A stretch of 64,000 nucleotides of DNA from Thermoplasmatota archaeon (GTDB lineage Archaea; Thermoplasmatota; Poseidoniia; Poseidoniales; Thalassarchaeaceae), in contig JAURCP010000005.1 in the NCBI GenBank assembly GCA_030828405.1, positions 18,945-82,944 of the forward strand. The letters are read 5' to 3'. The notes beneath the pieces are model-generated. The model was not told the DNA's origin, ran no database searches, and was given only the letters and a program-made list of their open reading frames with translations. This document shows, piece by piece, positions 1 to 9,500 of this stretch; position 1 is the stretch's first letter; the number at the start of each line of letters is the position of its first letter. Made by a program: the position numbers and the translations under genes.

Positions 1-2
1 AT

Positions 3-659
3 ATGAATTTAATTCCCTTAACTCGTGCTTTCAGAGTTAAAATTAGAGATATTTCATCTAAAATTCCAGCTAGGAATGTAGTTCTAGTGGGCGGGGGGAT
101 AGGTCACTTAGCAGCTTGGCTACTTGATTTATGGAATGGTGACCCTGCTAATCCTCCTTCTGAACCTAGACCGAGACCTGATACATTTAGAATAGTTGAA
201 CCAGCAGGGAAATTTGGAGTTATAATTGATCGTCTTGTCCGTCGTCATTCTTCAGAACAATGGACACAGGTTTTGACTAGATCATGGCAAGAAATAACTG
301 CTGAAACGTCATCTTGGGCTGTCGCAACAGCAGCATTGCCTTCCAGTGCTCAACCTTCTCCTTTGCCCCAGCCGATTGATCTAATAATCATCGATTTACC
401 CGAAAATCAGAGACCTAATGCGACAATTGCCGCCTTAGAAGTAATTTCTCATGGTGGTTTCATCTTAGTCAAAGAGCCAGAGGTGCCTACTGGTGATGTT
501 GGTGTTCCCGAAGATGGAGATGAACCTAATGATGCTCAAAGGAAAGTTGAATCTTTTAATCAATGGATGAAAGTGATACGAGAATGCAACGAAAATCATT
601 CAATGGCATTCATAGAATTATCTGGTGGGACACTAGCTGTTATACGTCGTTCAACTTGA
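3..659 (+). CDS. putative SAM-dependent O-methyltransferase-like protein (COG4122/YrrM-like), tentative
   Basis: 218-aa ORF starting 2 nt into the window. It has a Gly-rich motif VVLVGGGIGHLAAWLLD, IDLIIIDLPE (resembles FDLIFIDADK of YrrM-type O-methyltransferases) and GGFILVKE. The family call is from motif memory only. Its 3' end overlaps the convergent protease gene by 64 nt. Confidence 0.4.
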   Translation: MNLIPLTRAFRVKIRDISSKIPARNVVLVGGGIGHLAAWLLDLWNGDPANPPSEPRPRPDTFRIVEPAGKFGVIIDRLVRRHSSEQWTQVLTRSWQEITAETSSWAVATAALPSSAQPSPLPQPIDLIIIDLPENQRPNATIAALEVISHGGFILVKEPEVPTGDVGVPEDGDEPNDAQRKVESFNQWMKVIRECNENHSMAFIELSGGTLAVIRRST

Positions 660-1930
660 AAAATATCAAAAATATTTCTTTCAATAGTTATATTTCTTTT
701 TACTAGATCCTCTTTAGTATCTGACGAACTAGAGTTAACTGCTTGTATTAATGTATCAATTCTAAATATCCCATATCCAAAATTATCATCATGTTGACTT
801 TGTCCATCTTTCATTTGTGAGTTCTCACTTAATAGAATTTTTATTTCTTCAATTTTCGATTCATCACTATTACTATTTCTTTGAAAATCGGGATTTTCTT
901 GTAGGAATAATGCCAATCCTCCAGAAACCCACGCTGTTGAAGCAGAAGTACCACTAGACCAACCCCACCAAGAATCTGAATTAGTCATTAATACCGGTAC
1001 CTCAAGAGCGGGTGCGATTATCTCTGGTTTTTTGTCAGGATCATTTCTCGGCAGATTAAAATTGGGCCACAATCTTCCGTTGTTATCTCCTTTAGAACTT
1101 CCAGACCATAAGTTTCCAAGTCTTGTGACACCTCCAACGCAAATCACATTCTCAACTGAACCTGGTGATGATACATCTCCATCATCATCTTCTCCATCGT
1201 TTCCCGCTGCTGCAACTACATATACACCCTGTTCTATTGCATTTTCAACAGCGATTTCAAGTGAATCGGTGGTGAATAAACCTCCACCAATACTTTGCCC
1301 TCCTCCTAGACTTAAAGAGATAATGTCACTATCTTGTGAAACACACCAATCCACGGCTTCTGCAATGCCATCGTCGGTACCTGAACCATCTGAATTAATT
1401 GCTTTTGCAACATACAAATCAACATTTTTCGCTATTCCATTTAATCCCCCATCTGCTACAATAATTCCAGCCATTGCGGTTCCATGACCGTCATCATCAT
1501 ATGGGTTTGGACTAGAATTAATGACGTCATTCCACCCTAGAAGGTTAATTTTTTCTAAATCAGGATGTGATGTATCAATTCCAGAATCAACTATACATAA
1601 TGAGATTCCAGAACCGTCTAATCCATTTATTTCATTAACACCGGTCATCTCTCTGTACTCATCTTCCCAAGTGATTAGTGATTGTGGTGGACTGAACCCA
1701 AATGCTTCACCATTCATTGTAATAAATAGCCATAGAAGTATTACAGCTAAGATAAATCCCGAAATTAACGTTACAGAGAAGCCAACAAGTAATTTGAATA
1801 CATCGTCTTCTCGAGTTTTTGAGGCATTAATCACATTGATTACATTTTTTCCATTAAGAAAAACTACATCTTTTTCCGTCTCTGAATCACTCTGTGAGTC
1901 ATTATCTGATTGTGAATCATCTCGAATCAT
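596..1930 (-). CDS. membrane-anchored subtilisin-like serine protease (peptidase S8)
   Basis: 444 aa. Catalytic triad motifs are CIVDSGIDTSHPD (Asp), DDDGHGTAMAGII (His) and SGTSASTAWVSGGLAL (Ser); the oxyanion Asn lies in AAAGNDG. An acidic Ser/Asp-rich head is followed by one hydrophobic helix, LLVGFSVTLISGFILAVILLWLFI. Confidence 0.85.
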   Translation of the reverse strand: MIRDDSQSDNDSQSDSETEKDVVFLNGKNVINVINASKTREDDVFKLLVGFSVTLISGFILAVILLWLFITMNGEAFGFSPPQSLITWEDEYREMTGVNEINGLDGSGISLCIVDSGIDTSHPDLEKINLLGWNDVINSSPNPYDDDGHGTAMAGIIVADGGLNGIAKNVDLYVAKAINSDGSGTDDGIAEAVDWCVSQDSDIISLSLGGGQSIGGGLFTTDSLEIAVENAIEQGVYVVAAAGNDGEDDDGDVSSPGSVENVICVGGVTRLGNLWSGSSKGDNNGRLWPNFNLPRNDPDKKPEIIAPALEVPVLMTNSDSWWGWSSGTSASTAWVSGGLALFLQENPDFQRNSNSDESKIEEIKILLSENSQMKDGQSQHDDNFGYGIFRIDTLIQAVNSSSSDTKEDLVKRNITIERNIFDIFQVERRITASVPPDNSMNAIE

Positions 1931-1962
1931 TTGACAACCAACTATGAGATATTAAGCACCTA

Positions 1963-3093
1963 TTACCATGCATCTTGTCTACTAAAATGACTTGAAATAG
2001 TAGTATTAGATTTACAATTAGTACAATCGAATCTAGTGGGTAATGTCATTTCACATATATTACACACAGAACCAGGAGACCCGAGTCCTCCACAATTATA
2101 TTGACAAGGTACGGTAATCTTACCATTACCTTTCTGAATAGCGGGAGTTTCTTCTCTACAGATAGGGCAAATACCTTGCATATCCTTTAAATTTTGTTGA
2201 CTTATTTCACCAGAAACCTCCCTTGCTCTAACTGATTGAATCCTATCTTCAGCAGCACCGAGCATGAATTGAGGATACCATATAATATGTATTAATAGGA
2301 AAATTGAAAGTATACTACAGATAAGATAAAGCCAAGGGAAATAGAAAACAGTTGCCTCGGAAGATAATGGTCTCAGTGCTATAGATTTTGATGAAGACCA
2401 AGAAAAAATATTGACCATTATCATCCAGATTCCTAGTCCTAAACTCCATAATCTTAGACTATGATCTTTCCAAGCAGTTTCGACTACTCTCGGGTCGGGG
2501 TGTGAATGTCTTTCAATCACATGAACGTCCCTTGTCTCAATAACAGATTTGTGTACGACAAAAATCACTAGGAATGTAAAAATTAAATTCACTAAAATAA
2601 TAGGTGCTAACATTCCTATATCCAGATTTTCTGGGAAGTTTGGATTACTGGCAAATGTGTAGATGTAGCCTATTTGTATTGCAATCATACCTATCATCAT
2701 GTAAACAAGATTTTCTCTCATAATAGGGAAACGAATAAACAACTGAATCACAAACCCAATCCATGCAATCATAGATAACAGCGATAGAATTAGAGACAAA
2801 TCCTCTAAGAATAACATACCTTCGGTTCCAACTCTATTATAATCTCCACCGCTTTTCAACTCGCCTATACCTAAATCCCATGACCCTAAAAATATCGCTA
2901 GAACGCCTACTCCAAATATTGAAAATTCAAATGCCCCCCAACCTCTTAAAATCATTTTTATATGAAATTTAGACTCTTGCATAATTTTATCCAAGAAATC
3001 TAGTCTTTTGTTATATTCGGAGAACTTGTAGTTTATTGTGATTTCACTAAGTCTGATTGGCTCTCGGTTTCTAATTTCTGTTTCATCAGTCAT
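1963..3093 (-). CDS. polytopic membrane protein with C-terminal Cys-rich double zinc-ribbon tail
   Basis: 376 aa with about 8-9 hydrophobic segments. The last 68 aa (nt 1963-2169) carry CPIC...CQYNC...CNIC...CTNC, i.e. paired CxxC knuckles. Confidence 0.65.
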   Translation of the reverse strand: MTDETEIRNREPIRLSEITINYKFSEYNKRLDFLDKIMQESKFHIKMILRGWGAFEFSIFGVGVLAIFLGSWDLGIGELKSGGDYNRVGTEGMLFLEDLSLILSLLSMIAWIGFVIQLFIRFPIMRENLVYMMIGMIAIQIGYIYTFASNPNFPENLDIGMLAPIILVNLIFTFLVIFVVHKSVIETRDVHVIERHSHPDPRVVETAWKDHSLRLWSLGLGIWMIMVNIFSWSSSKSIALRPLSSEATVFYFPWLYLICSILSIFLLIHIIWYPQFMLGAAEDRIQSVRAREVSGEISQQNLKDMQGICPICREETPAIQKGNGKITVPCQYNCGGLGSPGSVCNICEMTLPTRFDCTNCKSNTTISSHFSRQDAW

Positions 3094-3217
3094 TGAACCG
3101 AGCCCCCTTATGTATGTGCGACATGAAATACTGCATTAAGTAACTCCCTCATAGGGATTCAGAAATCACGATATTCGATAGTGTTTTATGACCTAGAATA
3201 AACATTAGTAGGGCTGA

Positions 3218-3303
3218 TGGCGCCGAGAGGGAGATTTGAACTCCCGAGGGAAAATCCCACATGATTTCCAGTCATGCGCAATACCAGGCTATGCGACCTC
3301 GGC
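3218..3303 (-). tRNA. tRNA-Ser(GGA): tRNA-Ser (anticodon GGA), class II with long variable arm, CCA encoded
   Basis: The reverse complement GCCGAGGTCGCATAGCCTGGTATTGCGCATGACTGGAAATCATGTGGGATTTTCCCTCGGGAGTTCAAATCTCCCTCTCGGCGCCA folds as a cloverleaf. Acceptor is GCCGAGG/TCTCGGC with one G-U pair. Anticodon stem is CATGA/TCATG with loop CTGGAAA. The variable arm is GGG-ATTTT-CCC and the T arm is GGGAG-TTCAAAT-CTCCC. Confidence 0.9.
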
Positions 3304-3411
3304 TTCATGGTCTCGGAGACTTGATGACATTTTGAGTCTGTTGCTTTTCAATTGTGATTTTGAATCTCTCTCCGTAGTGATTAAATCGAAATTGTTTTTC
3401 GATTAGACGCC

Positions 3412-3486
3412 GCCACTGTGGCTTAGGGGTATAGCATCCCATTGGTAATGGGAAGGTCGGGAGTTCAATTCTCCCCAGTGGCTCCA
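3412..3486 (+). tRNA. tRNA-Thr(GGT): tRNA-Thr (anticodon GGT), CCA encoded
   Basis: GCCACTGTGGCTTAGGGGTATAGCATCCCATTGGTAATGGGAAGGTCGGGAGTTCAATTCTCCCCAGTGGCTCCA. Acceptor is GCCACTG/CAGTGGC. Anticodon stem is TCCCA/TGGGA with loop TTGGTAA. T arm is GGGAG-TTCAATT-CTCCC. A TTAAAT box at 3381-3386 lies 26-31 nt upstream and is a possible TATA box. Confidence 0.9.
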
Positions 3487-3491
3487 TTTTT
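3487..3491 (+). terminator. oligo-T tract directly after tRNA-Thr (archaeal-type terminator candidate)
   Basis: TTTTT immediately follows the encoded CCA. Archaeal RNA polymerase terminates at oligo-T tracts. Confidence 0.3.
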
Positions 3492-3572
3492 CAAATTAAA
3501 AACATAATTTTTCAGTACCTTCATCGACCTTAGAGAAATAACTTCATAATCTAACAAACAAACGATAGAGAT

Positions 3573-6500
3573 ATGTCTGACCGCCGTAGGACTGCACTTG
3601 CTCTAGTGCTATTGATGATAATCGCCCCGCTAACATCCGCTGCTACAACTTCTTGGACAGGACCAAGCTCAGTAAATCCTCCCGATGAGGGCATTACTCT
3701 GACTGGTTTCCGAGTCCCTGGAAATGCTACAGTTCAGGATGGTTGGCTTCATATAACTAACACTGAAACAGCAACATCCATGGATCCTGGTATTGTTTGG
3801 GAAGGTGCAGATTTAGATTCAGGTAGATTTTTTGGAACTAATTTCGTTGAAGACATTGAACAAATCACTTTACTTGACGATGGTTCTCGGTCAAATATTA
3901 GTACTTTCGATGACGGTGATATCGATGTATCAATGAATGACATTTACACTTATTCTCCTGGATGGGAACATGTTTATTCGGTTTCTTCCTCAACATCAGT
4001 GGTAGAATGTAACAACCTTTCAGGTGCATGGGTGGATCATGGATATGACAATAATTTCGATGGATCTCTGTCAACTGGGGAAACGACTGAAACTTTGATG
4101 TATTGCAGTGGTAATGCGCTAGAAGACAGTGTTACAACACTAAATGTAACTAGTGGAGGTAGTGGCTACTCTGCTGGAACATTATCTGCAACTGGAGGTT
4201 CAGGTAGTGGATTCTCTGGAACTTATTCAATCAGTAGTGCAATCGATAGTATTTCAATTATAAGCGGAGGTACAGGATATGCTGTAGGAGATTCTCTATC
4301 TTTTGTATGCCCTGGTGGATGTACTGGATCAGGTGCTAATGCATCAGTAGGCAGTGTTGCTAGTAATGGCTCTATAACCTCGATTAATCTAAATAATGGT
4401 GGTTCTGGTTACATCTCACAACAAACAATGTATGTTTTGGTATCCAGTAGTGGTGGAGGTAGCGCTCAACTTTCTAGCGTACTGGAAACCACTGGTTCAA
4501 TTTACGAGGCGTCTGTAACCAACGGAGGTAGTGGCTACACTAGTGCACCCACAATTGTGCCTAGTTCAAGCGGTACTTCTGCATCAATTAGTGCAGGTTT
4601 GGGAGGATTTTTCGATTATGAGATTACAGTTACATCGATTAGTTCAGGTTCTACATCTCAATGCATGTTAGGTGGATATGTAGTCAATGCAGGAATGGAT
4701 ACTGACGAAGATTCCATGTTAGATGCAAACGAAATTTCTGATACAAATTACCTCTGTAACATTCAAGAAATGTGGGGTGCTACAACATTCAACCATAATG
4801 GGACGAATCTTGGTAGCGAACAAACAATGTCGTATGGAACTATTCCATCATCTGCAGTAGAGGGGATTGTGGCAGTAGGTACAATGCCTGGGTCCGCAGT
4901 TCCACGAGGTACAAGCAGCTCTTTCTTATTACCTCCAGTCGATTTACCTGATTCTGAAACATACAATGGACTTTACATGACTTTCGACCATTGGTATCAT
5001 TTGGATAGCACGGCTTCAGGCGGTGGAGATGGAGCATGGGTTGAATATAGGATTAATACTGGTAGTTGGAATGATTGGACCTATGTTACGCCTGATGGCG
5101 GATACACTAGTACTATGTCTACAGAAGCCCCTTCTCCTAACGGTGCTCCCAGTGGAGCAGTTCCAGTATTTGCTTCTGCAACTCATAGTGGATGGCTAAG
5201 TGAGAACATAAGCATATCTTCAATTCCAGAAATTGATAATGCTTCTAAGATTCAATTTAGATTCCATATTTGGACATCTCCAAACGCGTCCTATGAGAGA
5301 CCTGGTTGGTTTTTGGATAATATAGATTTTAATAATGATGGAGTTGATTTTGGAGTTTGGCATCATGGATGTATGTCTGCAACCTCTTCATCCTGTAACT
5401 ATGCTGCAAACTCATACGGTGCTCTCCAAAGAACAATTGATTTATCAGGTACCAACTCTACTTCGCTGCTCGAAATAGATATGGAATGGGATTTACAGGG
5501 TTCTACCCAAGATAATGCCTGCATTGAATTATCTTTGAATAACGTAACTTGGTATGATCTTTCTTCAACAGGAACTACATCTACCTCGCAAGCCTGTGAA
5601 GATCGTTCTGGAGCAATTCCAGGTTACCCCTCATATGATGGAGTATTTGGTGACCAGAGTAATGCAATTAGGACTGTTGAATATAGTATTCCTACAGCTT
5701 ATCAAAATCAAGCAAATGTATATATTAGATTTGTAGTCGATACTGACTCTTGGACTAATTATGGTGGTACTTATCCAGGTGATACGCAAGAAGGATTTAC
5801 TCTCGAAGATATTCGTGTGGTAGATGATTCAGGAACGATATTATTTAGAGATGATTTGGAAAATCAATTCTCAATGAGTCATTACCCTGTTACTTTTGGT
5901 ACTGTTACAGGATACGATGATTGGAATTACTACATTCTTACTGGAGGAATTTTAAGCGAAGTATATGGATTTGAAGATTCTACTGCAGGAAATCCATCCT
6001 CCAGTAACGCTCCGGGTTGGTCAAAACAATCCGCATGGAACTATGGTCAATTGGGTACTAGTGCAGGTCCTAGTGATGAACCTTCGTTCCCTTACGTATA
6101 TGGTACAAATTTAAATGGTAACTATGGAAATAATCAAAACTCATTGTTAACATCTCCAACATACAATATTCCGAACGATGGCTTAGCATACGTGACATTT
6201 GATAAGTGGATATGTACAGAAAATAGTTGGGATGCAGTCGGTCTTCAAATACAGGTTAATGGTGGTTCTTGGAATTATTTCGATCCTCAAATTCCTGGTT
6301 GGTATGATGGTTCGCCTGGATTTTCTGGTAATCAGATGTATGGTCATGATGCATGGATGAATGGAGATTGTAATCAACAAGAGTTTGAAAATAGACAGGC
6401 ACCTCTATCTAGCTATGCTGGCGATGAGTTAAGGTTCAGATTCCGACTATCTACAGATACTTCAGTAACTTATCAGGGTGCCTACATTGATAATTTTGGT

Positions 6501-9500
6501 ATCCTAATTGCTAATTATGGAGCAGGTGGGTACTGGTTGAGTAATGCTGTAGACATGAGCAATATTGATACTTTCAATTATGGCTGGGTAGATATTGAGG
6601 CCACAATCCCTGAGAATACTTCAATTACAGGGAGTTTAATAGATATTAACGATAATGTTGTGCCAGGTTACGATAATCTTACCTTCCCATTCTCTTTGGC
6701 AGGAGTTGATTCTGAAGAATATGAATTAGTTAGAATTAAGGTTCTAATGGACACAAGTGATGAAGAAGTTTCACCTAAATTAACCAAAATAAGTATTGGT
6801 GGTAAGAGATATCTTGCGGCATCAAGTGCAGATTATAATGGATGGTCTTTCAGCCCGAGCATCGAGGTAGTAGATGAATTACTGAATGCTACAACTATTG
6901 CCGGTACAATTACTTCCGATTATGTCCATTCATCTAGGCCAATCAAGAGCGTGACACTATCTGGTAACTTTTCTAGTGGTTTAATGGTGACTGCATATTC
7001 ATTCACCGGTGCAACATTGGGACAAACCTCTCAAGGATCAATACCCTTTGCTATCCCTCAAACTGGTTTCTCTCTATCTGTATCCCTACCTACTAATGGC
7101 TGGATTGATAGAATGGTCATTTCATCTAATTTCGTTGAGCCAGCAGAAAATCCTGCAGTTGATATACTTAATGATGGTTCAGTAGATTGGTCATTCTCAA
7201 TGGGTACTGATTACGGGCATTATGGATGGCAATCGCTTGTTTCAGATGGTATTGATTCTCATACAACTAGTACAAGTGTAAGCTTAGATTCTGGCACTCC
7301 GTCTTCAATAATGGTGAGAATACCATCTCTGGCTGCGGTCAATAATGGAATAATCTCTATTGCACCTGATTCAGATGGTCAATTCGAGTCACCGGTTACC
7401 TTGACAGTAGGGTCATCCAGTCAGACTAGTTCTTCTTCTTCAGAGATATTCCATTGCATATTAGATTACAGTCAAATTGCAGGAATTAACTCTCTAACTA
7501 CATCCCATACAGACACAGACACAGGAAGGCAATGGCGAGATGTTTCCATTACTTTAGAGTCAAATTATGCACAAACGGTGTCTATTTCAACAATTGGAAT
7601 AGGTTATTTGATATTTGAAAATGTTTCAGGTTTAGGTGCATCAATATCTGATTATCACGAATCTATGACTCAAGATGATCCTCCGCCCACTCAGGTATCA
7701 ATTCCAGTAAATATTACTGCAGATAAGGGATCAGTTTCCATTGATGGTGACGTAAAGTTCGATTATATAGTAACCAACAGAGATTTCGTGGTTCCAAATA
7801 CACTTTATCCTAATGGTGAGACAGTTGAAATAATTACTCAACACCATCACTTAATGGATAATTCTAATTTGGAAAAGATTTCTCTCAGAGGCATCGCTTC
7901 TGATGGCGAAATCTTGATGTTTGAGGTTACTAATAGTGCAGATGGTTTGTGGGGTCAAGGTTCAGATGCGGTATCCTTTATGCAAATTTCTGGTTCATCC
8001 GTTGCTCCAATGAATCCTTCAACATATTTAGAAATTACAACTCATAATGATGGCTATGATGATGTCACCATACACTGGATGTTTGATGTTAACTGGATGT
8101 GGGATGATGTTAATTCAATACGTTGGGTATCTCAGGCATTCGATGCCTCAGGAGAATCAGTATGGCCATCAGTATCTCACAGTGGTGAATCTGGAAAGAA
8201 TGCTGTTGAAAACGATTTGATGATTGATTCATTCGAAGTCAGAGATCAATTTGGAAGGCTTCTATCAAATCAGTATTCTACATTCTATCCGTTTACAATG
8301 ACTGATGGTAGTGAATTAAATATCACAGGTACCGTCAAGTTCCAAGACTCTACTGCAGTTAGACCGCAAGCAGTTGATTTTACAGTTGGTTTGAATATTT
8401 CTGGTCTAAGTTATCTTTTGACTTCTGAAGAAGCCGGGAAATTTACAGGTCTAATTTCATCTCCAACCGGTCTCTCTAACGTTTATCTATCACCTATGAT
8501 GAATACAGTGGGACCTACTGGTTACTCGCTTGGTGCAGAGGATGTTACTGGAACTCCGCCATCTGTAAATGTTCGAGTTGATCATGAGCCTCCTGTAGCA
8601 GGGCCACTTGAAGTAAATACTCCATCTGGTTTGAAAGCAGCTCATGGTAAAGTTTGGGAACCAATGGACCCCTTGTCTCTTTTCATAACAGTCGAAGAAT
8701 CTGAGGCTAGAGGTGAAATTTTGACACTCAGATATTGGCGAGGTTCAGTAGATGATATCAATGGGGATGGGGTCGCTGATGAAGACGAATACTTGTCAAT
8801 GGTACAGCCATTAACACCTGGTATGACAGGTCAGCAACAAGTTAATTTCGTAGGGATTGATGTTTCTCAACAAACTTTTAATTCTCCAGTCCACATGTAC
8901 ATTGAGGGTACTGATTGGGCAGGTCTCAGTTACCAAGATGGAGGTACGGGTGGAGGACCTGGTGCATCTAACTCTTGGGCAACTGTTGTTGTAGCAACTG
9001 ATGAACCAACTAGCATTAAGTCTGCAGGGTATTCATTGGACCGTGATTTAGGGTATTTACTGCCAGGTGAACAACATACATTCACCATGCAAATTGAAGA
9101 AGCTAATGGGCTAAATACATTGGATAATATATCGATAATGCTATGTGGAGATGGAATAAGTGAACTTGGAAAGATGAGCTACGATCCTTCGAGAGGAACT
9201 ATTTGGTCAGATACAACTAGTTTCGTGACACCACTTTCTGTGCAGACAATGCAAGTCTCTTCAGATATTACTCAACTTTCAATGATATTCGAAGTCTCTT
9301 GGGACTTCCCTTGGGAGGATAATCAGAACTCCTGTAAGCCTAGTGTATCAATACTTGATGATTTCACTACTGTAGCGTATCAGAATAACATTGGTGAATT
9401 ATCTTGGTATCTTGATAACAAGTATGTAGCAATCCCAGATAATATAGAAGATCTTACTCCTCCTCAGGCAGAATCTCAAGGAGTTTCGGTATACTTGGGA

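Noticed and set aside
1032-1934. Two plus-strand ORFs (151 and 137 aa) antisense to the S8 protease gene. Similar long antisense ORFs occur at 17082-17618, 29505-29912, 40344-40694, 42091-42453, 57300-57737, 60533-60949 and 62101-62547.
   Set aside because: All lie fully inside much longer ORFs with clear family motifs. Their products are Ser/Pro/Ile-rich low-complexity mirror translations, typical shadow ORFs of AT-rich coding DNA.
3322-3327. C-box-like TGATGA in the tRNA-Ser/tRNA-Thr spacer (possible C/D box sRNA)
   Set aside because: I found no matching D box (CTGA), no C'/D' boxes at appropriate spacing and no terminal stem on either strand.
3305-3487. 60-aa ORF on the minus strand between and over the tRNA genes
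   Set aside because: It is the antisense of tRNA-Thr and of the tRNA spacer. The translated 'protein' starts inside the tRNA, so it is an ORF-finder artefact.
7500-7521. Short (ACAGAC)n-like microsatellite inside the 2383-aa gene
   Set aside because: There are only about three units, encoding H-T-D-T-D-T-G in frame. It is too short to argue for slippage-based phase variation.
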